The notes under the pieces are model-generated. The model was not told where the DNA came from, made no database searches, and saw only the letters and a program-made list of their open reading frames with translations. Positions 25,488-35,113 of a stretch of DNA of 64,000 bases are shown here, piece after piece (positions within the stretch are counted from its first letter, which is position 1; each line of letters opens with the position of its first letter). The DNA comes from Chloroflexia bacterium. GTDB taxonomy: Bacteria > Chloroflexota > Chloroflexia > Thermomicrobiales > CADCWN01. Made by a program: the position numbers and the translations under genes. The stretch covers positions 810 to 64,809 of the forward strand of contig JBDHWF010000004.1 in assembly GCA_039810045.1 (NCBI GenBank), given 5' to 3'.

Positions 25488-26714
25488 TTACACAGCTACT
25501 GGCTTCACTGCCGGAGTCATCCGGCCAGTGGCGAAGGCGGCAGCCAGACCGCAAGCCAGGCACCCCAGCCCAGCAACGCCCAAGGCACCACGCACGCCAG
25601 CAAACTCCGCCAAGGCCCCAACCGCCAGACTACCAAACGGCACCAATCCTGAGTTGACAATCATCCAGACACCAAGCACCCGACCCTCTGTTCCTGGTGG
25701 CGAGGCCAATTGTAAGGTCGCCCCAGCGGAGGAGAGATAGCCAATGATCGCCGCTCCAAAAAGCCCGATGCAGAATAGGGCCAACAAGAACGATGGCGAC
25801 CAGGCAAAGGCGGCCAACGCCAACCCAGTCACCATTTCCAGCACCGCCAACGCCATCCCCGGTCGGCGCGCAACAATCGCCGTACCGGAGATGAACGCAC
25901 CAACGATTGCCCCGACCCCTGTTGCCGTTAGTAAGAGACTGAGTCCCGCCTCACCACGGGCGAAAATATCGCGCGCCATCACTGGAAAAAAGTTGCTGTA
26001 GGGCATTGCCAGCACAGCCAGACCTACAGCTGGCAAGAGGACCGCACGCAGTTGTGGATTCTTGATAATCATCATCGTACTGCCGCCAGTGACCACCGCA
26101 CGATTGGTCGCCGCTGGGCGCGATTGCGAGCGAATGGCGGCAAGCGCCGCCAGCACTGCCAGAAAGCTGATCGCGTTGGCCGCAAAGCACGCCCCCGCGC
26201 CAGCCTGCACCAGCAGCCAGCCCCCAATTGCCGGACCGATGATCCGCGTGAGATTGAACCGCGCGGAGTTAATCGCGATCGCCCGGCGCAACTGCTCTGG
26301 CCCGACTAACTCTCGAATGAACGACTGCCAGCTTGGGCCATTCAGGGCATTGACAATCCCCGTTGCCGTGGCAATCGCCAACAAGATCGGCACCGTTGCC
26401 CGACCAGCGATCTGCACCACTGCCAGCAGCACGGCAAAGATCGCCGCTAATGACTGAATCAGGAGCAAATACTTCCGCCGATCAACGCGGTCGGCGATAA
26501 TTCCCGCCGGAATACCCAGGAGCAGTACGGGAATCAGTTGCACAAAACCAAGTACACCCAGCACAAAGGCTGAGTTCCCCAGTTGCAGCACCACCCAACT
26601 CAGGGCGACAGTCTGCATCCAACTGCCTAAACTTGAAACAAAGGCCCCAATCAGAAAAAGCAGATAGTTACGATTTGCTAGTGGTCCCTCGCTCTGCCAG
26701 TGACCAATCTTCAT
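25488..26714 (-). CDS. MFS transporter
   Basis: 408 aa with 12 hydrophobic segments. DRVDRRK loop motif. Confidence 0.8.
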   Translation of the reverse strand: MKIGHWQSEGPLANRNYLLFLIGAFVSSLGSWMQTVALSWVVLQLGNSAFVLGVLGFVQLIPVLLLGIPAGIIADRVDRRKYLLLIQSLAAIFAVLLAVVQIAGRATVPILLAIATATGIVNALNGPSWQSFIRELVGPEQLRRAIAINSARFNLTRIIGPAIGGWLLVQAGAGACFAANAISFLAVLAALAAIRSQSRPAATNRAVVTGGSTMMIIKNPQLRAVLLPAVGLAVLAMPYSNFFPVMARDIFARGEAGLSLLLTATGVGAIVGAFISGTAIVARRPGMALAVLEMVTGLALAAFAWSPSFLLALFCIGLFGAAIIGYLSSAGATLQLASPPGTEGRVLGVWMIVNSGLVPFGSLAVGALAEFAGVRGALGVAGLGCLACGLAAAFATGRMTPAVKPVAV

Positions 26715-26796
26715 CGACCATTACCTTCCACACCCTGATCCCCGCGTCCCTTATACCGCTGCCGCGCTCCAGGCGCAACCATCGGCAGGTAGATCG

Positions 26797-28704
26797 CTAG
26801 CGAAGTGGGGTTTGGCCATAAATGGTCACGCGCGTGCCGACTGCGGCAAAGTTCCAGAAGAACTCAGCATCTGGCAATGTTTCACTCAGGCACCCGTGGC
26901 TGGAGGGCGTGCCAAAGCTGCCGGGTTCTTTCCACCACGAATAATGCAGGGCGTGGCCTTCGCCGGTGAAATACTGGGTGTAGAGGACATTTTCGAGGCG
27001 ATAGTATTCCTCTGCGCCAATACTTTCGCTGGTCATTGTTTCATTCTCAACGCGGTAGATGATGTAAAACGTCCCTGTTGGCGTCTCCCAGCCGCGTTTA
27101 CCACTAGAAATTGTGGCGGTGTAGACGCGCTTCTTGCCAACAACAGCATACATCCGCTGGGTAGACAGGTTGACCTCTACCCAGCGTTCTGGCTGCATCG
27201 CGGCGACATCCGCTTCGGTGATCTTCGGCTTCGTTTCCTGAATGGGCAGGGCGATCGTGCGGGTAGCGGTAGGGTTATTGAGCACAGCCAGCGCGGCTTT
27301 CAGCGTCGCAGCCAGATCAAGGGCGCGGCCTACCGCGCTTGGACTGGTGACACGATAGACATCAGTCCCATCATCCATCGTATAGCCTGCATCGACCGCT
27401 GGTTGATCGATCTGGCCCTGGATGCTGGCAAGATAGGCATTGAGTGCCTGCTCATCAAAGATGATTCGGGGGCCAGCCGCTGGCGTGAGTCCCGGTAGCA
27501 ACGTGATCCAGTTGGCCACCTCTGGCGGGGTCAGCAGCCAGCGTTGCCCCTGTCCTTGCAACACAACGGGCCCAGCCAGATAGCTCTGGGCGAGCTTCTG
27601 ATTTGCGACGGCGATATCTTGCTCAGTCAAGCCCGGTCGCCAACGTTCAACGACTGGCGCAACCAACCGTTCCTGATCGCCTTCTAGCGCCGTAATGACC
27701 GCTGCCGTCGTCGCGGCAAGATCAAGTTGCCGCCCATCAAGCGCCGCAGTGGTCACGACAAAAGCCCGCTGGCGTTGGTCATATTCGTAGGTAGCACTCT
27801 GGGTATCGCGCCGGATTTGCGGGGCATAGGCCCCAACCGCTTGCTGCACTGCGGCCTGATTGATCTGCACCGTGAGCGGCTCATTACTGGCGGAATTTGG
27901 CCTCACTTCCAACCAGGTGCCAATCGTCGCTGTGCTGAAAAGTTCGTCAACGTCATCGCCACGTAACCGCAGCGGCTGCGCCAAAAACCGCTCGGCACGT
28001 TGTTGAGCCGCCGCGAGTACCGCACTATTTACCGCTGGCTGAATCTGTTCAGCGACTGGTAAAACCACTTCAGGCGCTGGTGTCGTTGCCGCAGTAATAA
28101 CAAGTGGCACCGCTGCAGCAAGATCTAGGCCGCTCCCCTCCACAGGCGGAACAACGATTACCTGACCAGCAGTAATACGCAGCGCCCCATCTCTGGCTGG
28201 CATATCATTGATCCCAGCCAGGGTGCTTAGGTGCGCCCGAAGTTGCGCTTCGTCAGTAGTAACGATCGGGTTGATGGTGCCGCCCCGCAATGGCAACGTG
28301 AGGATCGTGCCCAGGCGATCCAGTGGGGATCCCTCATGCCCGATCGCGTAGGCAGCAGCGAGTGTAGCGGGAACGTCATAGCGCAGGCCCAACTCGTGGC
28401 GAGAAAAGGTAGCGCTTCCAGCAGGGCCAGTCAGCGTAAGCGGGGCGGCCTCCCAATGGGCCGCTTCGTCGGTCAGGCGTGTGGTCGCTGCCGTCTGATC
28501 GAAGCCGCCAAGATCAACCGAGCCAACGCGCACGCCAGGATAGATCGCGGCCCAACGCAATGCCAACGCCAGGCCAACACCGAGCAACAGCGCGATGAGC
28601 GCCAGACTGATCGCCAAGCCACTGCGCCAACCAATCAGGCGTGCTGCCGAGCGATCTGGCCCGGTCGCTACCCCCGCTGGCTGCCGCCGAACCTGCCCTA
28701 GCAC
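26797..28704 (-). CDS. L,D-transpeptidase (YkuD domain) with N-terminal TM anchor and long PG-binding/VanW-like region
   Basis: 635 aa. The C-terminal catalytic context HALHYSWWKEPGSFGTPSSHGCLSE supplies the His and Cys of YkuD. N-terminal TM LAISLALIALLLGVGLALAL. GTG start. Confidence 0.8.
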   Translation of the reverse strand: MLGQVRRQPAGVATGPDRSAARLIGWRSGLAISLALIALLLGVGLALALRWAAIYPGVRVGSVDLGGFDQTAATTRLTDEAAHWEAAPLTLTGPAGSATFSRHELGLRYDVPATLAAAYAIGHEGSPLDRLGTILTLPLRGGTINPIVTTDEAQLRAHLSTLAGINDMPARDGALRITAGQVIVVPPVEGSGLDLAAAVPLVITAATTPAPEVVLPVAEQIQPAVNSAVLAAAQQRAERFLAQPLRLRGDDVDELFSTATIGTWLEVRPNSASNEPLTVQINQAAVQQAVGAYAPQIRRDTQSATYEYDQRQRAFVVTTAALDGRQLDLAATTAAVITALEGDQERLVAPVVERWRPGLTEQDIAVANQKLAQSYLAGPVVLQGQGQRWLLTPPEVANWITLLPGLTPAAGPRIIFDEQALNAYLASIQGQIDQPAVDAGYTMDDGTDVYRVTSPSAVGRALDLAATLKAALAVLNNPTATRTIALPIQETKPKITEADVAAMQPERWVEVNLSTQRMYAVVGKKRVYTATISSGKRGWETPTGTFYIIYRVENETMTSESIGAEEYYRLENVLYTQYFTGEGHALHYSWWKEPGSFGTPSSHGCLSETLPDAEFFWNFAAVGTRVTIYGQTPLR

Positions 28705-28938
28705 CGCTCTGCCTCCCCAAGAGTTCCCACGGATATGTCACCTGACTTGCGATTATTGTCTACCATACAAGACCGGCCCACAATATGCAAGTACATATTG
28801 TACGGACGCTACGCCTACGCCAGTAGCCTTATTGATATAACGAAGCAGTGCGTTGGTTGGTATCGTCAGGTTCCGCAGAATTACGTACAATGCCTATGTT
28901 GAAGCCTTGAATGGCTTCGTTGTTGAGGAGTCGCCACG

Positions 28939-30243
28939 ATGAATCAGCCTGTGAATACCCGAAAACGGATTCTCCTTTTGCTCTCCCCACTTACCTATCG
29001 GGCGAACGCTTTTCTGGCCGCTGCCGAGCACCTGGATGTCGATCTGGTCAAAGGAATCGATATGCCGAAGACGCTGGCCGACTACTGGAACCAGCCATTC
29101 GGCCTTGATTTCAGCCGCCCGGAGGTTGCCACGCAACAGATCGTCGCCCAGGCCGCCGATACACCCTTCGACGCAATCATTTCGGTTGACGATAGCGCCA
29201 GCCTGCTGGCGGCTCAGGCTTCAGCCGCGCTGGGCCTCTCGCATAACTCGCCCGATGCCGCGCTCGCTGCCCGCAACAAACAGGTGATGCGCGAGGCATT
29301 ACGGGCGGGGGGGGTGCCAGTTCCAGCGTTTCAACCGTTCCTGCTCAGTGATGATCCGCAGATCATCGCGGAAACAGTCACCTACCCCTGCGTGGTCAAG
29401 CCGATCTTGCTCTCTGGCAGTCGCGGGGTGATTCGGGCAAACGACCCCCGCGAATTTGTGATGGCGTTCACCCGCCTGCACCAGATGCTCCTCACTGATG
29501 GTGTTGATCCCACCAAAACAACAGTGCTGGTGGAGGAATATATCCCAGGCTACGAGGTAGCGCTGGAAGGGCTACTGACAGACGGTGAACTGCGGGTCTT
29601 GGCGATCTTCGATAAGCCCGACCCACTCGATGGCCCCTTCTTTGAGGAAACGCTCTACATCACGCCATCGCGGCACCCAGCCGCCGACCAGGAGGCGATC
29701 ACTGCCGCCACTGCGGCAGCAGCCCACGCTTTAGGCCTCCGCAGCGGCCCCGTTCACGCCGAGCTACGAGTAAACGAGCGGGGCGCCTGGCTGGTGGAGA
29801 TTGCTGGTCGCTCGATTGGCGGGCAATGCTCAACCATTCTCGAATTTGGGGCGGGGATGTCGCTCGAAGAGTTGATCTTGCGGCACGCTGTTGGCCTGCC
29901 GCTCGATTCGCTCGACCGCCCAAAAGATGCGGCTGGCGCGATGATGATCCCGATCCCTGAAGGTGGGATCCTGACTGGGGTGACTGGCGAAGCTGAAGCT
30001 GCCGCCGTGCCCCATATCACTGGGGTTTCAATCAGTGCCGCAGTAGGCAGTCGGATCGTGCCATTGCCCGAAGGGTCATCGTATCTTGGCTTCATCTTTG
30101 CCCGGGCCGCCGATCCAGCCACCGTTGAAGCGGCGCTGCGTGCTGCCCACGCCTGCCTCCACTTCGCGATAAAGCCAGAGATTCCCGTTCGGGTTGGCAC
30201 CACCACCCCAGCGAGCCTACCAGTACTGCAACGCACAGATTAA
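28939..30243 (+). CDS. ATP-grasp ligase (L-amino-acid-ligase / carboxylate-amine ligase-like)
   Basis: 434 aa. Pre-ATP-grasp N-domain, central ATP-grasp blocks (KPILLSGSRGV, LVEEYIPGYEVALEG, VHAELRVNERGAWLVEIAGR), and a C-terminal Lal-like domain. SD GAGGAG 8 nt upstream. Confidence 0.75.
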   Translation: MNQPVNTRKRILLLLSPLTYRANAFLAAAEHLDVDLVKGIDMPKTLADYWNQPFGLDFSRPEVATQQIVAQAADTPFDAIISVDDSASLLAAQASAALGLSHNSPDAALAARNKQVMREALRAGGVPVPAFQPFLLSDDPQIIAETVTYPCVVKPILLSGSRGVIRANDPREFVMAFTRLHQMLLTDGVDPTKTTVLVEEYIPGYEVALEGLLTDGELRVLAIFDKPDPLDGPFFEETLYITPSRHPAADQEAITAATAAAAHALGLRSGPVHAELRVNERGAWLVEIAGRSIGGQCSTILEFGAGMSLEELILRHAVGLPLDSLDRPKDAAGAMMIPIPEGGILTGVTGEAEAAAVPHITGVSISAAVGSRIVPLPEGSSYLGFIFARAADPATVEAALRAAHACLHFAIKPEIPVRVGTTTPASLPVLQRTD

Positions 30244-30278
30244 AGAGTGGCAGATTAGGAAAAAGGAGGAACCCCACC

Positions 30279-30620
30279 ATGAGCAAACCGCAAACAGTGG
30301 CCCAGCAATTAGTCGGCGATGTAGCCCCCAAGCTGGCAGAACTCACTGACGATGTACTTTTTGGCGATATTTGGGAACGACCCGGTCTCTCCAAGCGTGA
30401 TCGCAGCCTGATCACCGTCGCCACGCTGGTCGCGCTCTATCGCACCCGAGAGTTACCGGGCCATCTGCGGCGGGCATTGGCGAATGGCGTCACGCAGGAA
30501 GAACTGGCCGAACTCTTTACGCACCTCGCCTTCTACTCTGGCTGGCCCACGGCGATGACGGCAGCCAGTATCGCGAAGGAGATCTTCGCGGCCACCGCCG
30601 AGGAAACCGCCACAGAATAG
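30279..30620 (+). CDS. Carboxymuconolactone decarboxylase (CMD/AhpD-like) family protein
   Basis: 113 aa. GDIWERPGLSKRDRSLITVATL..ELFTHLAFYSGWP is typical of the CMD family. SD AAGGAGG. Confidence 0.8.
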   Translation: MSKPQTVAQQLVGDVAPKLAELTDDVLFGDIWERPGLSKRDRSLITVATLVALYRTRELPGHLRRALANGVTQEELAELFTHLAFYSGWPTAMTAASIAKEIFAATAEETATE

Positions 30621-30629
30621 CAAGCTCAT

Positions 30630-31903
<1,274 letters not shown>

Positions 31904-31988
31904 ACGCCAAGCTAGACCGCACAGTAAGGCACGCTTGTTGATAGTCCTTCCGCCCTATCGCTGACCATAATCGCGCAGGCTATTTCGC

Positions 31989-32018
31989 TTGACAATCAGG
32001 GCAAAATCATCGTATCAT
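31989..32018 (+). promoter_or_regulatory. Promoter TTGACA-N18-TATCAT
   Basis: Consensus -35 at 31989-31994 and -10 at 32013-32018. The track's TTG start codon is actually this -35 box. Confidence 0.55.
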
Positions 32019-32054
32019 TTATTTCAGAAATTCGTGAAACCTCCGGAGGCAGCT

Positions 32055-32687
32055 GTGGCCGCGACCCATGCAATCGAAGATACGTCGCGCAAACGGCAGA
32101 TTGAAGATCGGGTGCTGCAAGAGTGGGCCGAGCTAGCGACGGCTTGGGGGGTCAGCCCAGTGCTGGGGCGAATTCATGGTCTACTGTTGCTGAGCGGTCA
32201 GCCGATGACTGCCGAGGAAATTTGCGAGCGGCTACAGATTAGCCGGGCCTCAGCCTCAGTGCAGCTCAATGCTATTCTCGACTGGGGGTTAGCCCGCCGG
32301 ATCTTCGTCCCTGGCGATCGGCGGCAATATTATCAGGGCGATCAGGATCACTGGTCCTGGTTCCGCCGGGCAGCGATTGTCCGGAAGCGGCGCGAGTTTG
32401 ACCCAGTGGTCGATCGATTGGGGGAATGCCTGGCCGAGGCCGAAGCCGCCGCCAGCGATGACCCCGAACTCACCAGTTTCAGCGAACGAATCGGCAGCTT
32501 ACACCGCTTTGTCAGCGAACTCTTTCGCGGCGTTGGCCTGGTGCTGGAGGAAGAAGAAGCATTGCTGCACTATCTCCTCAGTCTTTCGCCACAAGATCTC
32601 GATGAACTCCGCGCTATTCTGCGCCTTGCGCTTGGTCGCGCCGATGATATTGCGGCCCAGCAAGCGAGCCAGAACGGTTCGGCCTAA
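32055..32687 (+). CDS. GbsR/MarR-family winged-helix transcriptional regulator
   Basis: ..WGVSPVLGRIHGLLLLSGQPMTAEEICERLQISRASASVQLNAILDWGLARR.. is typical of GbsR-type regulators. Start at GTG 32055, with GGAGG 5 nt upstream and downstream of the predicted promoter. Confidence 0.7.
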   Translation: MAATHAIEDTSRKRQIEDRVLQEWAELATAWGVSPVLGRIHGLLLLSGQPMTAEEICERLQISRASASVQLNAILDWGLARRIFVPGDRRQYYQGDQDHWSWFRRAAIVRKRREFDPVVDRLGECLAEAEAAASDDPELTSFSERIGSLHRFVSELFRGVGLVLEEEEALLHYLLSLSPQDLDELRAILRLALGRADDIAAQQASQNGSA

Positions 32688-32806
32688 AGCGTCGTTTTTT
32701 CTTGTCAGGAGATTTCGCAATTTCCCGACAAACCGAAAACCGACAACACGCGATGCTGCGTTGATCGATGGAATGAAAGGAGGCACCTTCACCAGCAGGA
32801 TAATCA

Positions 32807-32878
32807 GTTGCCAGCAATGGTGAGCGCGGGTTGATGGTTGCAGTCCCATAACGCCGCCATTGCTGGCAACGTTTTTTG
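32807..32878 (+). terminator. Long-loop hairpin plus U-tract (plus-strand terminator)
   Basis: 14-bp perfect arms GTTGCCAGCAATGG (32807-32820) / CCATTGCTGGCAAC (32857-32870), 36-nt loop, then GTTTTTTGTG and further T-runs. Confidence 0.6.
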
Positions 32879-32895
32879 TGCCGTTGTTTTCGTTT

Positions 32896-33714
32896 TCAGT
32901 CGTACCTCACCCGCTCAACAGCAGGATCACTGACCAGAATGGCTTCCAGCGGATCGACCAGACCAGCTTGCACCGCCACCCGCCGCAACGACTCCCGCCG
33001 CAACAACATCTCGCGCAATGGTTTCCCCTCAGCCCGCCGCAAAAATAAGGCCATCTGGCTCAGGTGCTGCGCTGCCGCCCGTTCCTTACGATCCAGCAAC
33101 GTATCGGAGAGATGGACGATCCAGTCTGCCGGGTCATCCTGATTCAGCAATCGTTCCAGGCGGGTATCGCCACCAGTAGCGTAGGTAGCGGCCCAGGTAT
33201 AGAGCGCTGCCGGGGTATAGGCTGGCCCAGCTTCTGGGAACTGCGCAGGATCACCAGCAGCAGCAAAAGCGGCCCGCACTGCTTCATGCGTGTAGATATG
33301 CTGGGGGTGGCCATATTCACCGTTCGAGCCGTGGGTCAGCAATACGTCGGCATGCAGCCGTCGAATCACGGCAACGATTGCGCCAGTGAACTCGTCCAAG
33401 GCCGCCGCAATGCGAAAGAGCGCGGTTGCAGGGGCGGGATCTTTCCCAGTGTGCGTCACCAGTGGGTCGAGGTAGGGCAAGAACTCCACCCCAGCGACAC
33501 CAAGCGACGCCACCGCAGCGCGGAGCTCTGCCTCGCGCACTTCGCCGAGTCGTTCCTGCGTCGTTACCGCTGGCTCACCAACTTCGCCCCCCTCCCCACG
33601 CGTCACCGAAAGAATCTGCACCGTCAACCCTTTGGCAGCGGCCCAGGCTAGCGTCCCACCAGCCAGCATCGTTTCGTCATCTGGGTGCGCCCCAATCGCC
33701 AGTACTACCGCCAT
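32896..33714 (-). CDS. PIG-L/LmbE-family N-acetylglucosaminyl deacetylase
   Basis: 272 aa. The N-terminal AIGAHPDDE motif and downstream HPQH are typical of the family. The ATG abuts the upstream TAG, and GAGGAGGAG lies in the upstream gene's tail. Confidence 0.85.
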   Translation of the reverse strand: MAVVLAIGAHPDDETMLAGGTLAWAAAKGLTVQILSVTRGEGGEVGEPAVTTQERLGEVREAELRAAVASLGVAGVEFLPYLDPLVTHTGKDPAPATALFRIAAALDEFTGAIVAVIRRLHADVLLTHGSNGEYGHPQHIYTHEAVRAAFAAAGDPAQFPEAGPAYTPAALYTWAATYATGGDTRLERLLNQDDPADWIVHLSDTLLDRKERAAAQHLSQMALFLRRAEGKPLREMLLRRESLRRVAVQAGLVDPLEAILVSDPAVERVRYD

Positions 33715-34326
33715 CTACTCCTCCTCATCTGTTGTTGCCAGCGTTGCTATCCATTGATGCTCAGGCGCGGCCTCTTGCAAGGCCCCGCGCAACCACTGCC
33801 GCTGTGTACGGGTCAACAGTGGCAGCATACGCGCATGATCGAGCAGATCTTTGGGTCGCCTGCCGCGCGATTTATAGAGCAATTGCACTTCCGGCGCGAG
33901 AAACGGTATCCCCGCTGCATTGCGCAGCCCCAGTGTGCTCAGTGGTCGCTGCACTGTTGGATAGCGATGATAGCACCAGGCATCACCCGCAGTCGGCGCA
34001 AAGATCACCTGCAAAGCCCAAGGCGCGGTAGGGGCGGGTCGGCACCAGAGGCTCGCCCCTGGGCTGGTCAGTCGCTCCCCTTCTGCCCAGGGAGTCAGCA
34101 CGCCATCCTGGGCGATCTGTAAATCCCAACCTGCTAGATATTGTTGCAGCACAACCTGATCACGCAACAACAATTCAACATCCAGATCTTCGTGGGGGCG
34201 CGTCTGCCGCCCAACCAGCAGATCGAAGGCCCAGCCACCAGCGATCCACCACGGCGCAGGGTAGTCGCGCAAGAGGGCTGCCGCTGCCCCGGGTGTCAGT
34301 GGTTCCCAGCGGCCAAGATCAACCAT
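33715..34326 (-). CDS. Nucleotidyltransferase of the aminoglycoside-2''-adenylyltransferase (ANT(2'')-like) family
   Basis: PWWIAGGWAFDLLVGRQTRPHEDLDVEL matches my recollection of ANT(2'')-Ia (LPLWIGGGWAIDARLGRVTRKHDDIDLTF). Start ATG 34326 overlaps the rsmG stop by 8 nt (ATGGTTGA). The track start 34458 would overlap rsmG by about 140 nt. Confidence 0.65.
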   Translation of the reverse strand: MVDLGRWEPLTPGAAAALLRDYPAPWWIAGGWAFDLLVGRQTRPHEDLDVELLLRDQVVLQQYLAGWDLQIAQDGVLTPWAEGERLTSPGASLWCRPAPTAPWALQVIFAPTAGDAWCYHRYPTVQRPLSTLGLRNAAGIPFLAPEVQLLYKSRGRRPKDLLDHARMLPLLTRTQRQWLRGALQEAAPEHQWIATLATTDEEE

Positions 34327-35110
34327 TGAGGCCCAGTGGTTGCTTGGCTGGCAAGCCTGCGCCGCGTGGGTAACGCGGCAGTGTTCGCTCAACCTTGGTG
34401 ATCGGCACAACTGTCCGCCCTGGCAATTCCGGCAAGGTCGCAGGCACAAGGTCGCCAACCTGTCCCCCGAGCAGGCGGGCAGCCTGATTGCCCTGCATCA
34501 GTTCTGCCGTCAGATCACCAGCTTTCGGCGCAATGACCAGTCCGCCAACCCGCACAAATGGCAGACACCACTCCAGTAACGTTGGCAAGCGCGCCAGCGC
34601 TCGCGCTGTGACCAGATCAAATTGTTCGCGCCACTCTGCATGGCGACCAAGCTCTTCCGCGCGGCCCTGCACCGCGCCGATTCCGGCCAGATGAAGGTCA
34701 GTGATCGTCTGTTGCAAAAAGGCGATCCGCTTGCCCGTGGCATCGAGCAAGGTAATGCGTAGTTGCGGCAAAGCGATCTTCAGCGGGATTCCTGGCACTC
34801 CGGCTCCGCTACCAACATCAAGGAGCGTTGGCCGCGTCGTCCCAGTCGCGATACACCAGGCACGAATCACTGGCACCAGGGAGAGCGCGTCGAGGAAGTG
34901 GAGGATTTGCACCTGGTCTGGTGCAGTGATTGCGGTGAGATTCATTCGTTCGTTGGTCGTCAGAAGGGCCGTGCCATATTGGCGGAACGCTGCCAACTGC
35001 TGGGCATCAAGCGCGATTCCCAATTGAGCAGCTCCTTGTTCGAGGATCGCCAGGTCAGCAAATGGATTGTGCAACCCCTCAGTCATCATCGCTCCCAGGC
35101 AACAACGCAT
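34319..35110 (-). CDS. rsmG: 16S rRNA (guanine527-N7)-methyltransferase
   Basis: NLTAI.., LLDVGSGAGVPGIPLKI SAM motif and VTARALA. The start may be at the MMTEG.. methionines (about 35089). Confidence 0.88.
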   Translation of the reverse strand: MRCCLGAMMTEGLHNPFADLAILEQGAAQLGIALDAQQLAAFRQYGTALLTTNERMNLTAITAPDQVQILHFLDALSLVPVIRAWCIATGTTRPTLLDVGSGAGVPGIPLKIALPQLRITLLDATGKRIAFLQQTITDLHLAGIGAVQGRAEELGRHAEWREQFDLVTARALARLPTLLEWCLPFVRVGGLVIAPKAGDLTAELMQGNQAARLLGGQVGDLVPATLPELPGRTVVPITKVERTLPRYPRGAGLPAKQPLGLNG

Positions 35111-35113
35111 TCT

